Below, one piece after another: positions 1 to 6,924 of a DNA stretch of 36,107 bases (the first letter of the stretch is position 1; each line of letters begins with the position of its first letter). Made by a program: the position numbers and the translations under genes. The DNA is from a virus, in IMG/VR virus record IMGVR_UViG_3300045988_117996; one strand, given 5' to 3'. The notes beneath the pieces were generated by a model that saw only the letters and a list, made by a program, of their open reading frames with translations, did not search any database and had not been told where the DNA came from.

Positions 1-119
1 AGGCGCGCAGGAGGGCCTTCTCGACCTGCTCGATGTTGTTCTGCCGTATCTCGATGCACTCGGCGGTATCCAGCTTCGCGGCGTTTACGATCTCCTCGGT
101 GATGAGGGTCCCGTGCCGC
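1..119. repeat. Terminal direct repeat copy 1 (119 bp, identical to 35989-36107)
   Basis: Base-by-base comparison of both window ends shows 119/119 identity. Typical of an assembly overlap of a circular or terminally redundant molecule. Confidence 0.95.
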
Positions 120-157
120 CCGTGGTCGCCGACGCCGCCGACGAGTCCGTAAGCCAT
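1..157 (-). CDS. HK97 gp10-family head-tail protein, 5' part (gene wraps the junction and continues at 35988..35723)
   Basis: ATG at 157 overlaps the stop of 157..378 (ATGA). Reads MAYGLVGGVGDHGRHGTLITEEIVNAAKLD... Joined length is 157+266=423 nt, 140 aa. Confidence 0.7.
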   Translation of the reverse strand, partial: MAYGLVGGVGDHGRHGTLITEEIVNAAKLDTAECIEIRQNNIEQVEKALLRA

Positions 158-378
158 CAGTCGAGCACCTCGCAGCCGTAGCCAACGCGGCCGTTGACGT
201 CCGCCTCGATGGCCTCGATGGCCTGCACCGGCACGCCCTCGCACCCGAGTGTGCAGCCGTCGTCGGGCTCGACCTCGTCGCCGCGCTGCGTGCAGATGTA
301 GGTGTCCGGGAACGTGAAGCCGAAACCCAGCTTTACGGCGCAGTCGCCGCAGTTCGCGCAAGTGAATAGCTCTTTCAT
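157..378 (-). CDS. Hypothetical Cys-rich small protein (73 aa)
   Basis: ORF track; CANCGDC plus further Cys. Lies downstream of terminator 430-453 and is translationally coupled to the next gene. Confidence 0.6.
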   Translation of the reverse strand: MKELFTCANCGDCAVKLGFGFTFPDTYICTQRGDEVEPDDGCTLGCEGVPVQAIEAIEADVNGRVGYGCEVLD

Positions 379-429
379 GCCTGCCCCAATCTCTCTGCGG
401 GAAGTGTCGCGGCACGGTCACGCGGCATG

Positions 430-453
430 AAAAAAGCCCCGCCGTGGCGGGGC
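430..453 (-). terminator. Rho-independent terminator after the toxin/immunity pair
   Basis: Stem gccccgc/gcggggc (436-453). On the minus strand it is followed by TTTTTT (plus A-run 430-435). Confidence 0.6.
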
Positions 454-463
454 CTGCTGTGAT

Positions 464-730
464 CTATTGGACTTTTACCTCGTGGGCCTTGTCCATCTCA
501 AGCTCGATAGCCGATGGACTCTCGCCTCTGAGGAAAAATGGAATCGGAAAGAAGTCAATCCTGCCCGTTTCCTTGTCGATGGCATAAGGAGTGTCGCCCG
601 GGGTCATCTTTCCATCGAAGCCGAAACCGACGAACCAATGATATTTGCCCTCGTATGCGCACACTGGGCCATAACCATCAACGGCCTCCTCTTCCAGAAT
701 CGGCTTTATAGCCTCTTCCAATGTGAGCAT
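464..730 (-). CDS. Putative immunity protein for the upstream MuF-toxin (88 aa)
   Basis: Starts 2 nt after the toxin stop with RBS AAGAGG. Small and acidic. Motif PYAIDKETGRI resembles YrhB/Imm35-type immunity proteins (from memory, not searched). Confidence 0.55.
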   Translation of the reverse strand: MLTLEEAIKPILEEEAVDGYGPVCAYEGKYHWFVGFGFDGKMTPGDTPYAIDKETGRIDFFPIPFFLRGESPSAIELEMDKAHEVKVQ

Positions 731-731
731 G

Positions 732-2471
732 TCAACCTCTTGTCGTCAGGCACTCGTCGATAAGATCGCCAAACTCGGCGTTGTCGACTCGCGCGAACTC
801 CGTCTCCTCGGCCTTGATTATACCAAAATACCAGCTCACGTCCTCATCGCCGCTCTGTGGGTCTATGAACTTGATAGCGTTTCCCGTCTTTTCCGCAACG
901 AAAACGTGTCGTCCGCTCTTGCCGCAAAGCGCCTGGTCCCAGGTAACGGAGACCTCGGCCCTCGCGTCCCCGTTTATCGCAAGGAGGAATGACATTATTT
1001 CTTTCTCCGGCTTATCGCCACCACGTTTCCAAGTGGCCCCCGGAAACACCTTTTTGTACGACTCGGCGCGCGCGAAGGGGTCATATGCCGATATTTTCCC
1101 CCACTTGTTCATCTTAACCGGCTTCGCAACGACGTCGAGCCCACGCCGTCTCGCCTCATACGCCGGAACGCACCTTTGGCAGTTGTACGAGTACCTGCCG
1201 TCTTTGTCCTTCTTTGTCTTAAAGTTCGGGTTGACCTTGGCAAGGTCGGAGCCCGCGGAATGCTCGCCCTTGATCTCCTTGAAAACGCGCCGACCGTTGA
1301 CAATGGGCGTCGAACCGGGCGCAAGCGCCGTGTCCAACACCTTCTGCTGGTCGCCGGCACTCATCTTGCGGAACGAGCCGGACGGTATGCCGTAGTCCTC
1401 GAGCTGCCGCGAGAGCCGCTTTCGCGCCTCGGTCTTGGACACGCCTGCCGCATCCAGCTTGCGCTTGGTTCCGGGCATTTCCATGAACTCGGAGATGGTG
1501 CGGTTCGCGGGCTTGGTGCCGTTGACGGCGGGCTTGCCCGCCTTCCATTCCTCGTAGGTCATGCCCTCGGGCAGGCGGCTGAACCGCTCGCCGTCGAGCA
1601 CGTCGAGTCCGTCACAGCACGCCACCAGCGTGCAGCGGCAGTTCGCCGTCTCGGCATACGGCGCCTCCGGGTCGCCGGGATAGCGGCACCCGTTGCTGAA
1701 CTTCTCGCCGACCTCGACCTTCTCGCGGTCAATCTTTCTGTGGCTCGATCGCGTGCGCAGGTCGAGCGTCGCCACCCATTCCTGCTGCACCTTGATACCG
1801 AGCCCCTTGGCCCTCTTGTAGCTGTCGACACGCCCGGCGTTCTCCGCCGCAGTCGTCGAGGTGCGCGCCAAACGCACCGCCGCCGCGCGGTTCGCCCCCG
1901 TCACGTTCTGCATGCGCTTGGCTATCTTTGGTATCGACTCGCCGAGCAGCACGCCCTGCGTGATCTGGTTGGCGATGAGCCGGCGGTTCCACGCCACGTC
2001 CTTGACGACGTTGACGGACGGCTTTGGCAGGTAGCTGTCGTGGTCGGTGAGCAGTCTCTGAACGGTCGAGGCGTCCTGCAGTGCGTAGGCCGTGTCAACG
2101 CCAACGGCGCTCTCGACCTGCCACGTGCCGTAGTTGTAGTTCTCGGCGTAGACCTCGGGCAGCCTGCCCTCGATGGCGGCGGCCGCGACGACGTTCGCGT
2201 GCGTCATTGCCTCGGCGCACTGCTTGAGCACGATTCGGTAGCGCCTGCCCGCCGCGATCTTCCCGCTTCGCCAAGACCTGTATTGCGCCTTGGTGATCTC
2301 GCCGGCCTCAAGCCGCTCGCGCATCTTCTCGTCGTCAGCCTCGAACTGCGCCAGATAGCGCTTGAGGTTGGCGTAGGCCGTCTTGCTCGCCTCGCCGTAC
2401 ACTCCCGCCACCTCGCGCTCGAACGCCCGAATCTCGGCGTCTGAGAACTCGTGAGCGCTATCCTTCGCCAT
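732..2471 (-). CDS. Minor head protein (Mu F / SPP1 gp7 domain) fused to a C-terminal papain-fold toxin-like domain
   Basis: MuF region: NRAAAVRLARTSTTAAENAGRVDSY...LDLRTRSSHR...ANCRCT. C-terminus: VNPNF..YSYNCQRCVPAYEARRRG...GRHVFVAE..IKFIDPQSG (Cys-His-Asp order). Start moved to ATG 2471 because GGAGG lies 6 nt upstream. Confidence 0.8.
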   Translation of the reverse strand: MAKDSAHEFSDAEIRAFEREVAGVYGEASKTAYANLKRYLAQFEADDEKMRERLEAGEITKAQYRSWRSGKIAAGRRYRIVLKQCAEAMTHANVVAAAAIEGRLPEVYAENYNYGTWQVESAVGVDTAYALQDASTVQRLLTDHDSYLPKPSVNVVKDVAWNRRLIANQITQGVLLGESIPKIAKRMQNVTGANRAAAVRLARTSTTAAENAGRVDSYKRAKGLGIKVQQEWVATLDLRTRSSHRKIDREKVEVGEKFSNGCRYPGDPEAPYAETANCRCTLVACCDGLDVLDGERFSRLPEGMTYEEWKAGKPAVNGTKPANRTISEFMEMPGTKRKLDAAGVSKTEARKRLSRQLEDYGIPSGSFRKMSAGDQQKVLDTALAPGSTPIVNGRRVFKEIKGEHSAGSDLAKVNPNFKTKKDKDGRYSYNCQRCVPAYEARRRGLDVVAKPVKMNKWGKISAYDPFARAESYKKVFPGATWKRGGDKPEKEIMSFLLAINGDARAEVSVTWDQALCGKSGRHVFVAEKTGNAIKFIDPQSGDEDVSWYFGIIKAEETEFARVDNAEFGDLIDECLTTRG

Positions 2472-2517
2472 GCGCCGCCTCCAATCGTCGGCACGCATGG
2501 TCGCCCGCGCATAACGG

Positions 2518-2545
2518 AAAAGGGCCCCGACCGAAGCCGGGGCCC
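2518..2545 (-). terminator. Rho-independent terminator closing the DGR/fibre cassette
   Basis: Stem gggccccg/cggggccc (2522-2545) with an 8-nt loop. Minus strand continues with TTTT (plus 2518-2521). Confidence 0.6.
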
Positions 2546-2549
2546 TTCC

Positions 2550-2660
2550 CTACTCGCCGTCTGCCTCTAGCATCTGGCGCACCTCGTCGCGCCAGCGCTC
2601 GGGAACGCTCTCGAGCGTGCGCTTGCCGCTTTTCACGGCGCGGTAGTAGATCTTCGCCAA
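2550..2660 (-). CDS. Small 36-aa protein resembling the short XkdX/CD1375-type peptides found after tail-fibre genes
   Basis: Not in the ORF track. TTG start 8 nt after GGAGG. Translates to LAKIYYRAVKSGKRTLESVPERWRDEVRQMLEADGE. Family assignment is from memory. Confidence 0.4.
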   Translation of the reverse strand: MAKIYYRAVKSGKRTLESVPERWRDEVRQMLEADGE

Positions 2661-2661
2661 G

Positions 2662-3003
2662 TTACTCACCTCCAACGATGTCGCCGAGCTCGAGAAGGGC
2701 CGCCTGCGAGTCGGCGACCTGCTGCTGGAGCGATGCGATCTGCTCCTCCATGCTCATGCCGTCCGCCTCGTGAGCCGCCCAGACGGTGTCAAAGTCAGCC
2801 TTTGTGCCCTCGACTGTCAGTTCGCCAGTCGGGTCGGTGAAGTGCAGCTCCTCGTAGGTGAACACCTTCACCTTGACGGAACCGCCCTCGCCGCCCTGCT
2901 CCTCGCGCTCGCCCTCGGCGATGCCGCGGCGCAGCCAGACGTCGGTCCCCGCAATCTCGACCGTCTCGGGCCTCTCGCCCGTTCGCTCCGACTTCACAAC
3001 CAT
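2662..3003 (-). CDS. Hypothetical acidic protein (113 aa), fibre-module associated
   Basis: Strong RBS AGGAGGAAAAAT before ATG 3003. C-terminal helix EEQIASLQQQVADSQAALLELGDIV. Confidence 0.7.
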   Translation of the reverse strand: MVVKSERTGERPETVEIAGTDVWLRRGIAEGEREEQGGEGGSVKVKVFTYEELHFTDPTGELTVEGTKADFDTVWAAHEADGMSMEEQIASLQQQVADSQAALLELGDIVGGE

Positions 3004-3013
3004 ATTTTTCCTC

Positions 3014-4045
3014 CTAACCCACGGCCCTCGCCGCGTTGAATATGCACCGCTTAGCGTTCATCTGGTGCTCCATGACGGCCGTTTTCAACCAGCCCCAGTA
3101 AGAGCACACGCGCCTCGCCAAGCGCTCGGTGCGCCTGCGCATGTAGCGCGCGAACGCGCGTCGCAGTCGTTTCCAGAGCCTCTTTCGCAAGTCGACCCGG
3201 CGCCCGCGAGCGCACCAGATGCGATAGCCCGCGAAGTCGATGGGCTCGGCGCCGTTGCGCCTCACCTTCCACGGCTTCAGTGACAATCCTAGCCGCCCCA
3301 AAACGCGCGCGGCGATGGCCGCGGCCTTCCTGAGCGAGCGCTTTGAGTTGCCGAGAAAATAGCCGTCGTCGGCGTACCACACCTGGCATCCCGCGAGCCT
3401 CACGCGCTTGCCGCGCCGCTCCTTCGCCGCCTCCTCGACCGCGTGGTACGCGAACGAGATCACGAACGCCGCCAACCGAAGCGACAGGTAGCTGCCGAGG
3501 ATAAGGACGCCGTTCATCGTCGACAGCAGCGAATGGAGCAGGTAGAGGACTTGGCTGTTCTTGACGTAGCGCGCCACCAGACCCTCCACTATCTCCGTCC
3601 GCATCGAGCCGTAGCAGTTGCGGATGTCGACGTGTACGTGGTAGGCGAAGCGGTGAACCTCGCGCCTGAGCTTGCGCATCCCCAGCGCCGCGCCCTTGCC
3701 CTTGACGCCGCTCGACACCTGCCAGAAGCCGACCTTGGCGGCAAGGAGCGGCTCGAGCGCCCCAACGCACAGGTAGTTGCACACCTGCCGCTTGATGCTC
3801 TCGACGCTTATCTCGCGCAGCTTGCCGCTGTTCGGGTCGTGTTTCAGATAGGTTCGGATGGGCTCGAACGCAAGCGTCTCGGTCGAGAGCTCTAGCCAGA
3901 TGCGGTCGACGAACGCCGTCTCGGTGCCGTATTCGTCGGCGACGCGCCAGCCGTTCTCCTTGCCGGAGTCGCTTTTCTTCCATCGGTGCAGGGCCTCGAC
4001 GACGCTTCTGCGCGTGAACTCGAGGCCCTTGCAGTAGGTTTTCAT
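3014..4045 (-). CDS. DGR reverse transcriptase (343 aa)
   Basis: RT motifs VDIRNCYGSM (A), LILGSYLSL (B/4), WYADDGYF (C), LGLSLKPWK, FAGYRIW. Lies 157 bp downstream of the TR. Confidence 0.9.
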   Translation of the reverse strand: MKTYCKGLEFTRRSVVEALHRWKKSDSGKENGWRVADEYGTETAFVDRIWLELSTETLAFEPIRTYLKHDPNSGKLREISVESIKRQVCNYLCVGALEPLLAAKVGFWQVSSGVKGKGAALGMRKLRREVHRFAYHVHVDIRNCYGSMRTEIVEGLVARYVKNSQVLYLLHSLLSTMNGVLILGSYLSLRLAAFVISFAYHAVEEAAKERRGKRVRLAGCQVWYADDGYFLGNSKRSLRKAAAIAARVLGRLGLSLKPWKVRRNGAEPIDFAGYRIWCARGRRVDLRKRLWKRLRRAFARYMRRRTERLARRVCSYWGWLKTAVMEHQMNAKRCIFNAARAVG

Positions 4046-4202
4046 AGATCAAAGCTCTTTCTGTCTGTCATACGAGCGTTCGCCTTGCGGCTACCAGCCC
4101 GTGAGCCTTGCGGACAAATTTCACTCAAAGGAGTCAGGCTGAGCCGCGTCCCGCCAGAAAGCGGCGGGCGCGGTAGACACGGTGCGAGTAGAGATTTATA
4201 GA
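4046..4202 (-). other. TR-RT spacer, candidate spacer (Sp) part of the DGR RNA, with a GC hairpin at 4144-4173
   Basis: No ORF. Hairpin ccgcg(t)cccgcc / ggcgggcgcgg with loop agaaagc. Also 9-bp direct repeat gccttgcgg at 4082 and 4105. Confidence 0.45.
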
Positions 4203-4315
4203 CAGAAAGCCGGGAGACGAAGTTCCAAGTGGCCCTACCGGACCTGTTCCTCGAGTTCGCGTAACGAAGACCGGCATTCGAGCCGTTCCTCAGGTTGCCG
4301 AGGAACTGAACCAGA
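4203..4315 (-). repeat. DGR template repeat (TR), 113 bp
   Basis: Gap-free alignment to 4416-4528. 16 of its 19 coding-strand adenines differ in the VR. Non-coding location. Confidence 0.9.
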
Positions 4316-4392
4316 AACCAGCGCCGCCCTCACCGTGAATCCCTGTTTGGGGTTAGGAGGGGGCCAGTCCCCTCTCAGGGCTACGCCCTGAT

Positions 4393-6018
4393 TCACCCCC
4401 GGCTACGGCCCGTAGCAGAAAGCCGGGAGACGAAGCTCCAAGCGGCCCCACCGGACCGGGCCAACGAGTCCGCGCAACGAAGACCGGCACCCGAGCCGAG
4501 CCCCAGGTAGCCGAGGAACCGAACCAGACGGATCGTGCCCTTGACTTTGCCGCCGGAGGTGTCGAAGTAGAAGTAGTCACCGACACCGGTCGTCGCCGAG
4601 CCGCCGAGCCCCTTTCCCAAGATGAGGCCGTTGACGAACTGGATGTCGAGCATGTAGCCATCTGCCGTCGGCATGCACGCCGCCGTCGGGGTCACCCCGT
4701 CCGCCACGGCGTTCTTCTTCTCATTGCGTGTGTCGGGGTTGACCGCGATGCCGAAACCCGTGCCGTCGGAAACGAAGAGCGTATCGCCCATGAACTCCCA
4801 CAGGCCCAGCCCCGTCTCGACGCCGCCGACCTTGAACGGATGCTTGCCGTCCTTCGCCACCTGGCCGTCGCCCACGAGGGCATCGGTGTTGCCCGTGCAC
4901 CACGGCGCACTCTGGAGCCATGTGTTCACGGTCGTGTCGAACGCCTTGGCGACGTCCATGAGAAGCGCCACGTTGCCGTCTGCGAGCGTCTCCTTGCCGC
5001 CGACGACCGCGCCGTCGAACACGTCGTACGCCGCCGCGGCGCCTCGGTCTGGGCACGTGGTGCCCGTGTCGGTGCCGTACATCATCGACGCACCCACGGG
5101 AATCTTCGCCGCCTGCTCGGCGGTGACGACCACGCGCGTGACGCCTGTCTCGGCGAGCGCGGGGTGGATCTGGATGTTGAAGTCCGTGCAACCCGGGAAG
5201 TCCACCTGGGAGGACTTGCAGAGCGTCTTGGTCAACTGGTGGAAGTTGATATACCACTGGTCATAGACGCTCATGCCCGAGTAGCCCGTGGTCGCGGTCT
5301 TGCAAAGGTCGACGAGCGAGTCGTGCGACGTCGTGCGGTTGGCGACCTTCGCGCCCGAGACGGAGCGCGGGCGCCCGTCGGCGTCGATGCTCATGGGATA
5401 CGTCGGCGTCAGCATGTACGGTCGCAGCGTGCCGTCCGGCAGCAACGCCTTGGGGTTCGGCTGCGAGCCGCTGAATCGGCTGTCGGACCACGAGACGAGC
5501 AGGTTGCCGTTCGTCAGCACCTCGACCGCCTGCCACACGACCGGCGCGATCTCGTAGACGTTGTTGCCGTGTCCGTTGTCCACGCGCGAGAAGCCGTAGT
5601 CGACGCCGTCGATGGCCTCGACCCACGGCACGCCGTCGGCGTCGGCACCGGCGTTGGCGGACACGTGGAACCACGGGCCGCCCTCGGCGTCGAACGGGTC
5701 GACAGCCGCGCTCGTCGCCGTCGCGGGCACGAACTCGGTGGAGGCCACGTGCTTCGCGGCAGCGCTCATGGGCTGGATGTCGGTGGGGCTGCCCGCCGGG
5801 ATGAGGAACGTGTACACCAGCCCCGTCTTGTGCTTGTCGACCATCGCGGCGACGGTCTCGTTCTTATAGCGCCCGGTCGAGGCGTCGCGCTCGAGCGTCT
5901 TCTGGTCGCCAAGGTTCTTCACCGCGCCGACAAGCGCCCACACCGCCTCGTCCGATGCCAGCGGGTCCGCGTACTCGAACCCCTCGGTTGCCTGCTCGGC
6001 TGTCTGCGTATCGGCCAT
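4393..6018 (-). CDS. DGR variable (target) protein, putative receptor-binding/fibre protein with a C-type-lectin-like variable C-terminus (541 aa)
   Basis: VR occupies the last ~38 codons (..LVRFLGYLGLGSGAGLRCADSLARSGGAAWSFVSRLS..). ATG 6018 abuts the stop of 6019..6924. Confidence 0.9.
   Translation of the reverse strand: MADTQTAEQATEGFEYADPLASDEAVWALVGAVKNLGDQKTLERDASTGRYKNETVAAMVDKHKTGLVYTFLIPAGSPTDIQPMSAAAKHVASTEFVPATATSAAVDPFDAEGGPWFHVSANAGADADGVPWVEAIDGVDYGFSRVDNGHGNNVYEIAPVVWQAVEVLTNGNLLVSWSDSRFSGSQPNPKALLPDGTLRPYMLTPTYPMSIDADGRPRSVSGAKVANRTTSHDSLVDLCKTATTGYSGMSVYDQWYINFHQLTKTLCKSSQVDFPGCTDFNIQIHPALAETGVTRVVVTAEQAAKIPVGASMMYGTDTGTTCPDRGAAAAYDVFDGAVVGGKETLADGNVALLMDVAKAFDTTVNTWLQSAPWCTGNTDALVGDGQVAKDGKHPFKVGGVETGLGLWEFMGDTLFVSDGTGFGIAVNPDTRNEKKNAVADGVTPTAACMPTADGYMLDIQFVNGLILGKGLGGSATTGVGDYFYFDTSGGKVKGTIRLVRFLGYLGLGSGAGLRCADSLARSGGAAWSFVSRLSATGRSRG
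4402..4416 (-). promoter_or_regulatory. Hairpin abutting the 3' end of the VR (6-bp stem, 3-nt loop), absent next to the TR
   Basis: gctacg ggc cgtagc on the coding strand. Its position matches the VR-flanking hairpin/cruciform element described for the Bordetella phage DGR. Confidence 0.4.
4416..4528 (-). repeat. DGR variable repeat (VR), 113 bp
   Basis: See TR. 17 mismatches, 16 at TR adenines. Lies inside the 3' end of ORF 4393..6018. Confidence 0.9.
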
Positions 6019-6924
6019 TTAGGCACCTACCTTTCGCATTTGGCAAATCTTGCCGTTTACCTTCTTGAGTCCCAGCGCTGTCACGGCAGCCGCCGAGTCG
6101 ATAATCGACTGGTAGTTCAGGGCTGCCGTCTTGGCGTCCTTGAGCGCCGCCTGCGCGTCGGCGAGGGCCTTGGTCGAGTCCTTCTCGCGCTTCTGCTCGG
6201 CGGTCTTGCGCCCCGTCTCCGCCTCCTTGCGCTCCGTCTCGGAGGTCTTGCGCTCGGACTCGGTCCGCTTGCGCTCGGACTCGGAGTCGGCGCGTCCTTT
6301 CTCAGCCGTTTCGACAGAAGTCTTGAGCTGCTTGAACTCGTTGTTGACCTTGTTCACGCCAGCCGCCGCGTCCGTCGCGGGCTTCTTGAGCTCCGCGATC
6401 TGCTCGGCGGTGAGGTCACTGTATCTCAGCGCGTCACCCTTCGGCACGCCGACGACCAGCACGTTGCCCTCCATCGTCGCCGTTGCCTCCGAGCCCGAGG
6501 CGAGCGTCGTGGCGCGTGCCCCCTTGACCTCGGCGGCGACAGCCATGTCGCGCGCGGCCTCCGCCGCCTTCTGCGCGGCCTTGGCCTCGTCTCGCGCCGT
6601 CTCTGCGTCCTTGATGGTGCGCTGGTCGCTCGGCTCGTAGATGTACTCGGCGGGCTTGGCTCGCCTCTTTACGTCCCAGAGCGCCTCGATGCGCGTGCGT
6701 CCGCCGTATGCCTCGTCCGTGATGTATGCCCATGCGTACACGCGCCCAGCCGCCTGGAGCAGCTCGTCGGGAATCTTCGCCTTGCTGTCGGCCACCTCGA
6801 CCGTGTAGCACGTCCCCGTGGTCGACTTGGCGAAATGCACCTGCTCGCAGCCGACAACCTCGACCTCGCGCCCGGTGTCCCACTGCCACAGCTCGCCGTC
6901 AAGCACCTGCAATGCCGCCATCAC
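6019..6924 (-). CDS. Fibre/baseplate-associated protein (301 aa): BppU_N-like N-terminus, coiled-coil with heptad repeats
   Basis: ATGA overlap with the portal stop. N-terminus ELWQWDTGREVEVVG..IPDELLQAAGRVYAWAYI resembles baseplate upper protein N-domains (from memory). Repeats ESERKRT/ESERKTS/ETERKEA. Confidence 0.6.
   Translation of the reverse strand: MMAALQVLDGELWQWDTGREVEVVGCEQVHFAKSTTGTCYTVEVADSKAKIPDELLQAAGRVYAWAYITDEAYGGRTRIEALWDVKRRAKPAEYIYEPSDQRTIKDAETARDEAKAAQKAAEAARDMAVAAEVKGARATTLASGSEATATMEGNVLVVGVPKGDALRYSDLTAEQIAELKKPATDAAAGVNKVNNEFKQLKTSVETAEKGRADSESERKRTESERKTSETERKEAETGRKTAEQKREKDSTKALADAQAALKDAKTAALNYQSIIDSAAAVTALGLKKVNGKICQMRKVGA
6205..6290 (-). repeat. 21-bp imperfect tandem repeat (about 4 copies) encoding the E-S/T-E-R-K heptads
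   Basis: Unit cttgcgc... recurs at 6205, 6226, 6247 and 6268. Confidence 0.7.

Noticed and set aside
1-119. The terminal repeat as biological direct terminal repeats or a cos site
   Set aside because: The repeat lies inside an ORF that reads through the junction. It looks like an assembly overlap of a circular or permuted genome. Physical ends need read-based analysis.
2662-3003. The 113-aa ORF next to the RT as the DGR accessory protein Avd
   Set aside because: It is acidic and rich in Gly/Glu/Val and does not look like the basic four-helix-bundle Avd. It also lies downstream of the RT, not between the target and the TR. Only a profile or structure search could settle this.
4353-4661. 102-aa alternative-frame ORF over the VR (..WFGSSATWGSARVPVFVARTRW..)
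   Set aside because: The 541-aa frame is continuous from a proper start. In that frame the TR adenines fall in AAC/AAT codons, as expected for a DGR. The alternative frame has a stop codon in the TR and no upstream gene context.
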